64,000 nucleotides of DNA, taken from an uncultured Gaiellaceae bacterium. Lineage in GTDB: Bacteria > Actinomycetota > Thermoleophilia > Gaiellales > Gaiellaceae. The stretch is from assembly GCA_963778725.1 (NCBI GenBank), contig CAVZVL010000013.1, forward strand, positions 17,833 through 81,832, in the 5' to 3' direction. Shown piece after piece: positions 39,180 through 49,436 of the stretch; the first letter of the stretch is position 1; every line of letters starts with the position of its first letter. The notes beneath the pieces were generated by a model. It was not told where the DNA came from. It made no database searches and saw only the letters and a program-made list of their open reading frames with translations. The translations under genes and the position numbers were made by a program.

Positions 39180-40477
39180 GGAAGGTGATCCGAGCCTCGC
39201 TGGTCATCGTGGTCGCGGCCTGCGCAGGCCTGGTCCTGTCCGCGCCCGGGCCGGGCGCTGCCAAGACGACCCGCGACGTCGCCTTCGGCGTCGCCGACGA
39301 CGCGTGGCTCACCCACGGCCCCGGAACTCTTGCGTCGCGCCTCGACGAGCTCGACGACCTGGGTCCCGACGTCGTTCGCTTCACGGTGCGCTGGGACCGG
39401 GTCGCGAGCAAGCAGCCGCGGAGGCCGCGCGACCCGGACGACTCCGCCTATCGCTGGAGGGAGTTCGACGCCGTACTCCGCGGTCTTCGCCGCCACGGAA
39501 TCGACGCGGTCGTCACGCTGTATGGCACGCCGAGCTGGGCGAACGGTGGGCGCGGTCCCAACTGGGCCCCGTCGTTGGGCAAAGCGTTCGCCAACTTCGC
39601 GTACGCGGCCGGCCGCCGGTATCCGTGGGTTCGCGACTGGACGATCTGGAACGAGCCGAACCGGAGCGCCTTCCTGCGCCCGACGAGCGCAAGGACGTAC
39701 GTCGAGACGCTCCTCAATCCGGCCTACGCCCAGCTCCACGCCGCGATCCCCGGCGCGAACGTGGCGGGCGGCGTCACCGCGCCGAGGGCGGGATCCGCCG
39801 GCATCGCGCCTGTGCCCTGGATCCGGGCGATGGGAGATGCGCACGCGAAGCTCGACGCGTACGCGCACAACCCCTACCCGGGCAGACCGCAGAGCGAGAC
39901 GCCCTGGGGGCCGAAGTGCGTGAACTGTCAGACGATCACGATGGCCGACCTCGAACGGCTCGAGCGTGAGGTCGCGCGCGCGTTCGGACACAAGCCGATC
40001 TGGCTGACCGAGTACGGGTACCAGACCAATCCGCCCGACGTCTACCTCGGCGTCTCGCCGCAGAAGCAGGCGACGTACGTCTCGAGCGCGGCGATGAGGG
40101 TGTTCAAAACGCCGTCGGTCGCGATGCTGATCTTCTTCATGGTTCGCGACGATCCCAACCCCGCCGGCTGGCAGAGCGGGTTCCTCACGGAGGACGGCAC
40201 GAAGAAGCCGTCCTATGCCGCGTTCCGCTACCCCCTCGTGCAGACGTCGCGGCGCGGGGGCCTCTTCGGCTTGTGGGGTCAGGTTCGTTCGGGGTCCGGC
40301 AAGCAGCCGTACCGCGTGCGTCTCGAGGAGGACGACGACGCGAGCTGGATCGGCGGCACGCGCTGGACGGACGAGAATGGTTTCTTCTCCATCACAGTCA
40401 CCGCGCCGCCGGGTGCGCGGGTTCGCATCTGGTCGTCGCGCGACGCCGCCTACGGCTTCGAGCTGATTGTTCGCTAG
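39176..40477 (+). CDS. Secreted glycoside hydrolase, clan GH-A-like TIM barrel (GH5/GH39-like) with C-terminal beta-sandwich
   Basis: Intact from GTG at 39176. The signal peptide is VRKVIRASLVIVVAACAGLVLSAPGPGAA. The acid/base-type motif is DWTIWNEPN and the nucleophile-type context is PIWLTEYGYQ. The family assignment is by motif only. Confidence 0.6.
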   Translation: MRKVIRASLVIVVAACAGLVLSAPGPGAAKTTRDVAFGVADDAWLTHGPGTLASRLDELDDLGPDVVRFTVRWDRVASKQPRRPRDPDDSAYRWREFDAVLRGLRRHGIDAVVTLYGTPSWANGGRGPNWAPSLGKAFANFAYAAGRRYPWVRDWTIWNEPNRSAFLRPTSARTYVETLLNPAYAQLHAAIPGANVAGGVTAPRAGSAGIAPVPWIRAMGDAHAKLDAYAHNPYPGRPQSETPWGPKCVNCQTITMADLERLEREVARAFGHKPIWLTEYGYQTNPPDVYLGVSPQKQATYVSSAAMRVFKTPSVAMLIFFMVRDDPNPAGWQSGFLTEDGTKKPSYAAFRYPLVQTSRRGGLFGLWGQVRSGSGKQPYRVRLEEDDDASWIGGTRWTDENGFFSITVTAPPGARVRIWSSRDAAYGFELIVR

Positions 40478-40521
40478 CTCATTCGTTGCTGTCGGCTCGT
40501 AGACCCGTTTAGGGTCCGCGC

Positions 40522-41244
40522 ATGGCTCTCCTCGAGGTACGGGACGTCACGCTGCGCTTCGGCGGCATCGTGGCCCTCGACGGAATCTCCTTCGACGTCG
40601 AGGAGGGGCAGATCTCGGGCCTGATCGGGCCGAACGGCGCGGGGAAGACGACCGCGTTCAACGTCATCACGCGCCTCTACCGGCCCGACTCGGGTGACGT
40701 TCTGCTCGACGGCTCGTCCCTGCTGAAGCAGCCCGCGTTCAAGATCGTCCGCAAGGGCGTCGCGCGGACGTTCCAGAACATCCAGCTCTTCCGGACGATG
40801 TCCGTCCTCGAGAACGTGCTCGTCGGCGCACACGGGCGTGGCCGCAAGGTCGGCGAGGCCGAGGCGCTCGAGGTCCTCGACGTCGTCGGGCTCCGCCAGC
40901 GGGCGCTCTTTCCGGCGGCCGCTCTTCCGTACGGGACGCAGAAGCGCGTCGAGCTGGCGCGGGCGCTCGTCGCCAGGCCGCGCCTGCTCCTCCTCGACGA
41001 GCCGGCGGGCGGTCTGAACCACGAGGAGGTGTCGGAGCTCGGCGAGTTCATCAAGAAGCTCCGGGACGACTTCGAGCTCACTGTCCTCCTCGTCGAGCAC
41101 CACATGAACCTCGTCATGGGGATCTCCGACCACGTGAACGTGCTGAGCTTCGGGCGGAAGATCTCCGAAGGCTCGCCGGCGGACGTCCGGGCTGATCCGG
41201 CCGTGATCGAGGCGTACCTCGGAGCCGAGGACGAGCACGAGTGA
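40522..41244 (+). CDS. livG: Branched-chain amino acid ABC transporter ATP-binding protein
   Basis: Intact 240 aa. Blocks are LEVRDVTLRFGGIVALDGISFDVEEGQISGLIGPNGAGKTT, LLLLDEPAGGLN and LLVEHHMNLVMGISDHVNVLSFGRKI. Confidence 0.9.
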   Translation: MALLEVRDVTLRFGGIVALDGISFDVEEGQISGLIGPNGAGKTTAFNVITRLYRPDSGDVLLDGSSLLKQPAFKIVRKGVARTFQNIQLFRTMSVLENVLVGAHGRGRKVGEAEALEVLDVVGLRQRALFPAAALPYGTQKRVELARALVARPRLLLLDEPAGGLNHEEVSELGEFIKKLRDDFELTVLLVEHHMNLVMGISDHVNVLSFGRKISEGSPADVRADPAVIEAYLGAEDEHE

Positions 41245-41948
41245 AGACGCTGCTCGAGCTCGACGGCGTCGCGGCGCGCTACGGACCGGTGCAGGCCCTC
41301 TACAACGTCTCGCTCGTCGTCCGTGAGGGCGAGATCGTCGCGGTGCTCGGCGCGAATGGAGCGGGGAAGACGACCACGCTGCGGGCCATCTCGGGGACGG
41401 TCTCGCGCTCGGGCGTGATCGAGCTCGACGGCAAGCAGCTCAAGGGCGGGCCGGAGGCGGCGGCGAGGACGGGGATCGCGCACGTGCCCGAAGGCCGGGG
41501 CACGTTCGTCGACCTGACGGTGACCGAGAACCTCAGGCTCGGCGCCTACTCGCGGCGAGACCGGTCGGTGAAGGCGGACGTTAAGCGCATCGCCGAGTAC
41601 TTCCCGTGGATGACCGAGCGCGGCGGCCAGCGGGCCGGCACGCTCTCCGGCGGTGAGCAGCAGATGCTGGCGCTGGGACGTGCGCTCATGGGCCGTCCGC
41701 GGCTGCTCCTGCTCGACGAGCCGTCCCTCGGCCTCGCGCCGCTCGTCGTGCGCGAGTTCTTCCGCATCGTCCGTGAGCTGAACGAGCAGGAGGGCCTCAC
41801 GGTGCTCGTGGTCGAGCAGGACGCGCGCATCGCGCTGAACGCGTCCAGCCGCGCGTACGTGCTCGAGGTGGGCCGCGTCGCTCTCACGGGGACGAGCCAC
41901 GAGCTGCGCGACGACGAGTCGGTCCGACGGAGCTACCTCGGGTACTAG
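41241..41948 (+). CDS. livF: Branched-chain amino acid ABC transporter ATP-binding protein
   Basis: Intact 235 aa with a GTGA overlap with livG. Blocks are GANGAGKTT, LSGGEQQMLALGRALM and LLLLDEPSLGLAP. Confidence 0.9.
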   Translation: MKTLLELDGVAARYGPVQALYNVSLVVREGEIVAVLGANGAGKTTTLRAISGTVSRSGVIELDGKQLKGGPEAAARTGIAHVPEGRGTFVDLTVTENLRLGAYSRRDRSVKADVKRIAEYFPWMTERGGQRAGTLSGGEQQMLALGRALMGRPRLLLLDEPSLGLAPLVVREFFRIVRELNEQEGLTVLVVEQDARIALNASSRAYVLEVGRVALTGTSHELRDDESVRRSYLGY

Positions 41949-41953
41949 GGCAC

Positions 41954-42868
41954 ATGGTCCTCGCCGCGTTCACCGACTTCCTGCAGCAGATCGTGTCCGG
42001 GCTCGCCTCGGGCGGGATCTACGCGCTTCTCGCGCTCGCGCTCGTGATCATCCACCGCTCCACCGGCGTCATCAACTTCGCGCAGGGGGAGATGGCGACG
42101 CTCGCGACTTATCTCGCGTGGGCGCTGATCACCGAGCACGGGTGGCGGTACTGGCCGGCCTTTGTCGGCACCCTGGCGCTGTCGTTCGTCGGCGGCATCG
42201 CGATCCATCGCGTCGTGATCCGGCCCGTCGAGCGCGGCAACGTCCTGCGGATCGTGATCGTCACGATCGGCCTTCTCGTCGCCATCAACGGCTTCGTCAT
42301 CTGGAAGTGGGGAGGCGAGCCGAAGCAGCTCCAGAGCCCGTTCGGGACGGACACATTCGACATCGGCGGCGTCATCGTCTCCGCGCAGGACGTGGGGACG
42401 ATCGCGGTCGCGCTCGGCATTGTCGTCCTCCTGTGGGGGCTGTTCCAGTACACGAAGGTGGGCCTCGCGCTGCGGGCGGTGGCGGTGAACCCGGAGGAGG
42501 CGCGTCTCGTCGGCGTGCGCGTCTCGTGGATGCTTGCGCTCGGGTGGGGGCTCGCTGCGCTGCTCGGCGCCGTCGCGGGGATGCTGACCGCGCCGACGGT
42601 CGGGCTCGACCCGAACATGATGGCCGCGGTGCTGATCTACGCCTTCGCGGCAGCGGTGCTCGGGGGGATCGACTCGCCGCTCGGCGCCGTGATCGGAGGG
42701 CTGACGGTCGGCGTGCTCCTCAACCTGCTGGGCTACCTGAGCCAGTACGACGCAGTCAGCTGGTTCACCGAGGAGCTGAAGCTTCCGGCCGCGCTCCTGA
42801 TCATCCTCGTTGTCCTGGTGGTTCGGCCGCAGGGGATCTTCGGCAGGGCGGAGGTGAAGCGCGTATGA
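41954..42868 (+). CDS. livH: Branched-chain amino acid ABC transporter permease
   Basis: Intact 304 aa, multi-TM, with INFAQGEMATLATYLAW in a typical LivH N-terminal region. Confidence 0.9.
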   Translation: MVLAAFTDFLQQIVSGLASGGIYALLALALVIIHRSTGVINFAQGEMATLATYLAWALITEHGWRYWPAFVGTLALSFVGGIAIHRVVIRPVERGNVLRIVIVTIGLLVAINGFVIWKWGGEPKQLQSPFGTDTFDIGGVIVSAQDVGTIAVALGIVVLLWGLFQYTKVGLALRAVAVNPEEARLVGVRVSWMLALGWGLAALLGAVAGMLTAPTVGLDPNMMAAVLIYAFAAAVLGGIDSPLGAVIGGLTVGVLLNLLGYLSQYDAVSWFTEELKLPAALLIILVVLVVRPQGIFGRAEVKRV

Positions 42869-43938
42869 GCCCCCGCGCTCAGCGGATCATCGGCTTCGGC
42901 GCGTTCGCGGCCTTCATCGTGGTGGTTGCCGTCCTCCCGTCGTTCATCGGCGACTTCAAGGCGCGCGAGTGGGCCGACGTCGGCATCTTCCTCGTCGCAC
43001 TCCTCGGCCTCAACATCCTCACCGGCTACACCGGCCAGATCTCGCTGGGCCACGGCGCCTTCATGGCGATCGGCGGTTACACGACCGCGATCCTCATGGC
43101 CGGAAACGAGGACTTCGGCGGCCCGGTCTCGGGCGGCATGAAGGACCTCTGGACCATCCCGCTCGCCGGCCTCGTCGCGGGCCTCGTCGGTCTCGCGTTC
43201 GGGTTGCCCGCGCTCCGTCTCTCGGGCCTCTACCTCGCGCTCGCGACCTTCGCGATCGCCGTGGCGATGCCGTCGACGGCGAAGCGTTTCGCCGAGTGGA
43301 CCGGGGGCGGAACCGGAATCCAGCTCTTCGGGACGCCCGAGGCGACCGGGTCGATCACGAACGTGCACGTGCTCGGCCGCACGCTCACCCCGAACGACTG
43401 GATCTACTACCTCTCGTGGTCGATCGCGCTCGTCCTGTTCGCGGTCGCCTGGCTGATCCTGCGCGGCCGGACCGGGCGGGCGTTCCGGGCGGTACGTGAC
43501 AGCGAGACGGCCGCCGTCTCGTCCGGGGTGAGCCTTGCGCGCTACAAGACCCTCGCGTTCGGCATCAGCGCCGCCTACGCCGGCGTCGCGGGAAGCCTGT
43601 TGGTCATCTCGCGCGCGTTCATCAATCCCGACTCGTTCCCGGTCGCGCTTTCGATCTTCCTGCTCGTCGGGATCGTCATCGGCGGGCTCGGCGGCCTCTC
43701 GGGGCTCGTGTTCGGCGCGATCTTCATCGCGTTCCTGCCGTTATGGGCCCAGGGCCAGGATCTCGGCTCGTTGCTTCCGGACCGGATTGTCGAGGAGACG
43801 CAGAAGCCGGGCGGTCCCTCGATCGTCTACGGCGTCGTCCTGATCCTGTTGATGTTCGTCCTCCCGAACGGCGTGGGAGGACTGTTCCGACGGATCGGGC
43901 AGTTCTTCGCCGCACGCCGGTACTCTCCGCCGGAATGA
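42865..43938 (+). CDS. livM: Branched-chain amino acid ABC transporter permease
   Basis: ATG at 42865 overlaps the livH stop (ATGA). Blocks are LLGLNILTGYTGQISLGHGAFMAIGGYT and RAVRDSETAAVSSGVSLARYKTLAFGISA. Confidence 0.9.
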   Translation: MSPRAQRIIGFGAFAAFIVVVAVLPSFIGDFKAREWADVGIFLVALLGLNILTGYTGQISLGHGAFMAIGGYTTAILMAGNEDFGGPVSGGMKDLWTIPLAGLVAGLVGLAFGLPALRLSGLYLALATFAIAVAMPSTAKRFAEWTGGGTGIQLFGTPEATGSITNVHVLGRTLTPNDWIYYLSWSIALVLFAVAWLILRGRTGRAFRAVRDSETAAVSSGVSLARYKTLAFGISAAYAGVAGSLLVISRAFINPDSFPVALSIFLLVGIVIGGLGGLSGLVFGAIFIAFLPLWAQGQDLGSLLPDRIVEETQKPGGPSIVYGVVLILLMFVLPNGVGGLFRRIGQFFAARRYSPPE

Positions 43939-45167
43939 CCCACCGGCGCCGTCTCATTCCCGTTGCGGCGTGCGCCGCGGCTCTCTTGGTCGCACTGCCC
44001 GTCGCGCTCGCCGGCTCGACCGCAGACCCCGGCGTGAGCTCGACGAGCATCGTCATCGGCGGAACCTCGCCGCTGACCGGCCCGGCCGCTGCGTATGCGT
44101 CCGTCGCGCGCGGCGCGAAGGCGCACTTCGACTACGTGAACGCGGCGGGCGGGGTAGGCAAGCGCAAGATCGACTACCGGATCGTCGACGACGCGTACAA
44201 CCCCGCGCAGACCGTCCAGGCGGTGCGGCGGCTCGTCGAGCAGGACAAGGTCTTCGCCGTCTTCAACACGCTGGGAACCGAAGCGAACCTCTCGGTCCGC
44301 GAGTACCTCAACCAGATGCAGGTGCCGCAGCTCTTCGTCGCGTCCGGTGCGACGACGTGGGGGCAGGACGCCGCCAAGTACCCCTGGACGATCGGCTTCC
44401 AGCCGAGCTATTCGGCGGAAGGGCTCGTGTACGGGCAGTACATCGCCCGGAACATGAAGAAGGCGAAGGTCGCCGTGCTCTTCCAGAACGACGACTACGG
44501 CAAGGACCTCCTCAACTCGCTGAAGCGCGGTCTCGCGCACTCGGCCTCGAAGGTCGTCGCCGCCCAGCCGTACGAGGTCAGCTCACCGGACGTGGGCTCG
44601 CAGGTCGGGAAGCTGAAGGCGTCCGGCGCGAACGTCCTCGCGATCTTCGCCACCCCGACCTTCGCGATCCAGGCCTACGTGTTCGCGAATCGTCTGGGAT
44701 GGAAGCCGCGGGTCTTCGTGAACGGCGTCTCGGGGACCTCGAACATCATGCTGCTCGCGTCCGAGGGCGGGAAGAACAACACGGTCGAGGGCTCGATCAC
44801 GAGCACGATCCTCAAGGACCCGACGGACCCGCGCTGGAAGAAGGACGCGGGGATGAAGCTGTACCGGACGATCCTCGGCAAGTACGCGAAAGGCGCGAAC
44901 CCGAACGACACGTACCACGTCTACGGGATGGCGGTCGCCTTCGAGACGGTGTCGCTGCTCAAGCGCCTTGGGCCGAACCCGACGCGCGCAGGCCTCGTGA
45001 AGGCGGCGCGCTCGCTGAACGACCCGAAGAATCCGTTCCTCCTTCCGGGCATCGCCGTGAAGACTGGCCAGGGCGACAACTTCCCGGTACAGCAGGGCCA
45101 GCTCCAGCGCTGGACGAAGGGCCGCTGGGTTCCTGTCGGCGCCCTCTGGCAGTCGAAGCGGAACTGA
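43935..45167 (+). CDS. livJ: Branched-chain amino acid ABC transporter substrate-binding protein
   Basis: ATG at 43935 overlaps the livM stop (ATGA). The signal peptide is MTHRRRLIPVAACAAALLVALPVALAG. It belongs to the periplasmic binding protein type I family (IVIGGTSPLTGPAAAY, VDDAYNPAQTVQAVRRLVEQDKVFAVFNTLGTE). Confidence 0.85.
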   Translation: MTHRRRLIPVAACAAALLVALPVALAGSTADPGVSSTSIVIGGTSPLTGPAAAYASVARGAKAHFDYVNAAGGVGKRKIDYRIVDDAYNPAQTVQAVRRLVEQDKVFAVFNTLGTEANLSVREYLNQMQVPQLFVASGATTWGQDAAKYPWTIGFQPSYSAEGLVYGQYIARNMKKAKVAVLFQNDDYGKDLLNSLKRGLAHSASKVVAAQPYEVSSPDVGSQVGKLKASGANVLAIFATPTFAIQAYVFANRLGWKPRVFVNGVSGTSNIMLLASEGGKNNTVEGSITSTILKDPTDPRWKKDAGMKLYRTILGKYAKGANPNDTYHVYGMAVAFETVSLLKRLGPNPTRAGLVKAARSLNDPKNPFLLPGIAVKTGQGDNFPVQQGQLQRWTKGRWVPVGALWQSKRN

Positions 45168-45200
45168 CAGCGGCGCCGGCGGAGCCGACGCCGCTGTCAG
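45164..45200. terminator. Hairpin between convergent livJ and a membrane-protein gene (candidate bidirectional terminator)
   Basis: CTGACAGCGGCG (45164-45175) and CGCCGCTGTCAG (45189-45200) form a perfect 12-bp inverted repeat around a 13-nt loop. The 5' arm overlaps the livJ stop codon. Confidence 0.55.
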
Positions 45201-45206
45201 TGACGC

Positions 45207-45846
45207 CTAGGCCGTGCCGGGTGCGGCCACATAAGCCGCCCGCGGAGCGCCACGCGCGAGGACGATGCTCGTCGCGACGATCCAGAGGAGCGTGGCCAGA
45301 AGCGCGAAGAAGTCCGCGAACGGGATGAACAACGCGATTCCCAGGACGAGCGCGATCCAGCGCAGCGCCCGCTGCGCACCGATCGAGAAGAGCGCGCCTG
45401 CCGCGCCGAGCAGCATGACCCCGAACGCCGGGTTGAACACCATCCACGTATTCCCGTCGAGTGAGTTCAGCGCCTGGAGGGCGGTCGGCGCGTCTCCGAC
45501 CTCGGCCGCGTCGGCCAGCGCGAGGTGCACGAACGCGGTGAGCGGCACCGCTCCCGCAGTGAGGATCGTGCCCGCGAGCAGGACGAATCCCCACGTCGAC
45601 ACGCGGGCCGGAGTCGATGCGGCCCCACGCGTCCACCAGCGCAATGCCGAAGAGGGCGACGAACGGCGCCGCGGCGGCGAGCACGAAGCTCGTCGCGAAC
45701 TGCCGGACGTTGTGGTCCGAGTAGAACGACGCGAGCTTCTCCGCGGACGCGTCCGTGCCGGGCGTACTTCCGCTGAACCCGATGATCGCCGCCAGGACGA
45801 CGGCGACGAACACGATTCCACTGAGCGCGAACAGTCTCTGTCGCAT
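45207..45846 (-). pseudogene. Hypothetical integral membrane protein; one frame shift near 45610
   Basis: ATG at 45846 follows GGAAAGGAAGGA. MRQRLFALSGIVFVAVVLAAIIGFSG..FATSFVLAAAAPFVALFGIALVDAWGR is in the frame of ORF 44959..46647. WGFVLLAGTILTAGAVPLTAFVHLALAD...WIALVLGIALFIPFADFFALLATLLWIVATSIVLA is in ORF 45207..45821. Confidence 0.45.
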
Positions 45847-45875
45847 CGGTTCCTTCCTTTCCGCAGGTAGTGGCA

Positions 45876-46043
45876 TCAGCCGATCCGCGCCTCGTAACGA
45901 CGTCTCGGCGTCACGAGGCGCTGTGTCTGCTCGCGTGCCCAGAGGCCTCCGCGGATGACCGACACCGTCGCCAGGAGGACGACGAGGCCGAAGAGGACGC
46001 CTGCCCAGAGCAGTCGCCGCCGCAGTCGCCGCCGCCAGGTCAT
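45876..46043 (-). CDS. Small (55 aa) single-TM protein, hypothetical
   Basis: MTWRRRLRRRLLWAGVLFGLVVLLATVSVIRGG... Its ATG overlaps the cupin stop (ATGA at 46040-46043). It has no homology-type support. Confidence 0.3.
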   Translation of the reverse strand: MTWRRRLRRRLLWAGVLFGLVVLLATVSVIRGGLWAREQTQRLVTPRRRYEARIG

Positions 46044-46620
46044 GCCGGGACGACCTCGGTCTCGATGTGCTCGGTGTCCGGCACGTACGTCGCCCCGTAG
46101 CCGAACAGCCGTCCGAGCGGCGCCCCGAGCGCGAGGCCCGACTCGCTGCATCCAGACGGGCGGGAACGGCAGCCGGACCGTGTCGAAGTGCGCCTGTGCG
46201 ATGACAGCGAGCCGCAGCGGGTTCGGCATGCCCTTCCGGTTCGTCTTCCCGGCCCGCGCGAGCGAGAACATCGTCTCGATCAGCTGTTCGAACTGGAGCG
46301 CGGGTCGCACCTCGCACGCGAACCGGACTTCCTCGTCGCCGGCATTCCAGAACTGGTGCTTGCGGCCCGCGGCGACGAGGATCGCGTCGCCCGGCTCGGC
46401 CGCGACCTCCTGGCCGTCGATCCTGAACATGACCGATCCCCTCGATGACCTGGAAGCGCTCCTGCTGGAACGGGTGGACGTGCGCGGCCGCGACGAAGCC
46501 GGAAGGCTTGACGAAGCACTCGAAGAGGACGTACTCGCCGTTCGTCTCCGCCGACGTCTGCTTGAAGACGAGACGCTCGCCGGTGACGGGGTTCTCGATC
46601 GTGTCGCCTGCGTGGATCAT
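46040..46620 (-). pseudogene. Cupin-domain protein; at least 2 frame shifts
   Basis: ATG at 46620 follows GGAAGGAG. MIHAGDTIENPVTGERLVFKQTSAETNGEYVLFECFVKPSGFVAAAHVHPFQQERFQVIEG is followed by FRIDGQEVAAEPGDAILVAAGRKHQFWNAGDEEVRFACEVRPALQFEQLIETMFSLA in the frame of ORF 45876..46430. The tail was read by hand. Confidence 0.6.
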
Positions 46621-46720
46621 GTGAAGCTCCTTCCGTCGATGTCGCAAACGACGCTAGGACGGCGGGTCGCGCGGCACATCGACGCCAGCGCGGGACGTCC
46701 GCTCGGCGCCAGCGAGGAGA

Positions 46721-46741
46721 CTCGATCTCGGTGCTGGCACC
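46721..46741 (+). promoter_or_regulatory. Candidate operator upstream of the histidine kinase gene (copy A of a repeated motif)
   Basis: CTCGATCTCGGTGCTGGCACC lies 32-52 nt upstream of ATG 46773. It contains the inverted repeat GGTGC-TG-GCACC. A related TCGATGTCG half lies at 46638-46646. Confidence 0.3.
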
Positions 46742-46772
46742 TATTGCGGTTTTGCCGACGCGGAGGCGAAAG

Positions 46773-48768
46773 ATGTCGGTCATGCGCGGGCTTCGCATCG
46801 CTGCCTGGGCCGTCGCGACCGCGACCTTCGTCTTCATGGGGCTTGCGATCGCGGGGGTGCACAACGCCGCGAGCTATCTCCCGCTGGCGCTCGTGCCGTT
46901 CGTCGTGCTCGCGTTCCTCGCGCCGGCTGTCGTCGGACTGCTGATCGCGAATCGTCAGCCGCGCAACCGGATCGCGTGGATCCTCCTGCTCGGGACGCTC
47001 GCGCTGACCATCCAGGTTCCGATCGGCTCGTGCTCGAGGGCGCCGGCTGGGCGGTTGCAGATGGACAGAGCCTCTGGCCGCTGCTCTACGCGTGGCCGAT
47101 CGCGGTGACGTTCGTCTTCCCGAACGGTCGGTTCTCTACGCGCCGCTGGCGCTGGGTCGGCCGTCTGCGGCGATCGTCAGTTTCGCGGCTTCATGACGAT
47201 GGCGCTGCTCGATCCCAATCCGTTCGAGGGCGAGGACGCCTCCGTCGCGAACCCGCTCGCGGACAACGCGGTCGGCCAGTGGCTCGTCGACGCACGCTCG
47301 TCTGGGTTCCGTTCTGGCTCGGGATCCTCGCGACGCCTCTTCGCCGGCGCGGTCGCGATGGTCATCCGGCTGCGGCGGTCGACCGGGGTCGAGCGGCTGC
47401 AGATGATGTGGTTCGCCTGGTCGGCTGCGCTGATCCCGCTCGGCCTCGTCCTCTGCGGCTCGCCGGCTGGGCGTCGGTACGGCCTCGATCGACTGGATCG
47501 TGTTTCCCGCTCCTCCTGCTATCCAGGTGGCGGTCGCCGCGTCGGTCGGGATCGCGGTGCTCCGCTACCGGCTGTACGCGATCGAGCGGATCGTCAACCG
47601 AACCCTCGTCTACGCGACGCTGACGTTGCTGCTGCTCGCCGCTTACGCCGCGATCACGGTGGGGCTCGGGGTCGCTCGTCGGCGGCGACTCGACGTGGGT
47701 CGTCGCGCTCGCGACGCTCGTCGTCGCGGTCGCGTTCCGGCCGCTCCGCGCGCGCGATCCAGGACGTCGTCGACCGCCGGTTCCGCCGCGCCCGCTACGA
47801 GGGCGTGCGGCTCGTCAGCGCGTTCGAGGACGAGGTCCGCGACGGCCGGCGCGCGCCGGAGGAGATCGGCGGCGTGCTCGCCGAGGCGCTCGGCGACCCG
47901 CTCGCCGAGCTCTTGTTCTGGCTGCCCGGAGACCGAGGCGTACGCCGACGTCGGCCGGGGAGCTCGCGCGAGCCTGCCGCACGACGCGCGGGCCGCAGCG
48001 CGAGATCAGGCGCGACGACGCGCGCACCGCCGCTGCTCCTCCACGACCCGACGCTGCTCGAGCGCCGCGACCTGCTCGACGGCGTCCTCGCGGCGGCGGC
48101 GCTCTCGATCGAGATGGCGCGCCTGCGCGTCGAGGTGCGCATCCAGCTCGCCGAGGTCGAGGCGTCGCGGACGCGGATCGTCGAGGCCGGCTACGAGGAG
48201 CGGCGCCGGCTCGAGCGCGACCTCCACGACGGCGCCCAGCAGCGGCTCGTCTCGCTCGGCGTCCAGCTCCGTCGCCTGCAGCTGACGCTGCCGCGCGAGG
48301 CGCAGGTGCTCTCGCCGGCGCTCGACCAGATCGTGGACGAGGTCGGCGCGGCGATCGGCGACCTGCGCCAGATCGCGGCCGGCGTGCGCCCGGCGCGGCT
48401 CGACGACGGGCTCGCGGCCGCGCTGCGCGACCTCGCGCGGACGTCGCCGGTCCCGGTCGAGGTCGACGCGCCGCGCGAGCGCGTCGCCGCGAGCGTCGAG
48501 GCGGCCGCCTACTTCGTCGCCTGCGAGGCGGTCACGAACGCGGTCAAGCACGCCTCGCCGTCGAAGGTCGCCGTGCGGGCGTTCCGCGAGAACGGGACGC
48601 TCCACGTGAGCGTCTCCGACGACGGCGTCGGCGGCGCGGTCGTCCGCCGCGGCTCGGGGCTCGCCGGACTCCGCGACCGGGTCGCGGCGCACGGCGGCAC
48701 GCTCGACGATCGTGAGCCCGCGCGGCGGGGGCACGCACCTCGAGGTGGCGATCCCGTGCGAGTCGTGA
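46773..48768 (+). pseudogene. Membrane-bound sensor histidine kinase, NarL/DesK class (HisKA_3); many frame shifts in the membrane/sensor half
   Basis: ATG at 46773 follows GGAGG. N-terminal TM segments include AWAVATATFVFMGLAIAG and LALVPFVVLAFLAPAVVGLLIA. The phosphoacceptor box is ERRRLERDLHDGAQQRLVSL. HATPase_c blocks are EAVTNAVKHA, VSDDGVGG and GSGLAGLRDRV. Confidence 0.7.
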
Positions 48769-49436
48769 TCGCCGAGGACACCGTGCTCCTGCGCGAGGGG
48801 CTCGCCGGCCTGCTCGAGGACGCCGGGCCACACCGTGCTCGCGCGCGTCGGCGACGCCGAGGCGCTTCTTGCCGTCGTCGCCGAGCACGAGCCCGATCTC
48901 GCGATCGTCGACGTCCGCATGCCGCCGACGTACGAGGACGAGGGGATGCGGGCCGCGGTCGAGATCCGCCGGCTGCATCCCGAGACGGGCGTCCTCGTCC
49001 TCTCCCAGCACGTCGAGGGCCGGTTCGCGGTCGAGCTCGTCAGCTCCGACGGGGGCTTCGGCTACCTCCTCAAGGATCGCGTCCTCGACGTCGGGGGAGT
49101 TCCTCGACGCAGCCGAGCGCGTCAGCCGCGGCGGCACCGCGCTCGACCCGGAGGTCGTGAAGCAGCTGCTCTCGCAGCCCCACGGCGGACGACCCGCTCG
49201 CAGAGCTGACGCCGCGCGAGCGCGAGGTGCTCGCGCTCGTGGCCGAGGGGCGGACGAACGCGAGCATCGCGAAGGAGCTCTGGCTGACGGAGAAGACCGT
49301 CGAGACACACGTCCGCTCGATCCTCGGCAAGCTCGACCTCCCGCAGGACGGCGACACGCACCGCCGCGTGCTCGCCGTCGTCACGTATCTGCGCGCGTCC
49401 GGTCGCCTAGTCGATCTCGGTGCCAGCACCGAGTGA
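48756..49436 (+). pseudogene. NarL/LuxR-family response regulator; about 3 frame shifts
   Basis: GTG at 48756 overlaps the kinase 3' end. The receiver domain carries VRVVIAEDTVLLREGLAGLLEDAG and DLAIVDVRMPP. The HTH is [43 protein letters not shown]. Confidence 0.8.
49411..49430 (+). promoter_or_regulatory. Copy B of the repeated motif, at the 3' end of the response-regulator gene and 83-102 nt upstream of the next gene
   Basis: TCGATCTCGGTGCCAGCACC matches copy A at 18 of 20 positions. The two central bases are inverted (GGTGC-CA-GCACC). Related TCGATGTCGG lies at 49452-49461 and CTCGGTGC at 49482-49489. Confidence 0.3.

Noticed and set aside
43743-43934. An upstream extension of the livJ ORF (ORF 43743..45167 begins 64 codons earlier).
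   Set aside because: The extension overlaps the livM coding region in another frame and is Arg/Pro-rich. ATG 43935 gives an ATGA overlap with the livM stop and a proper signal peptide.
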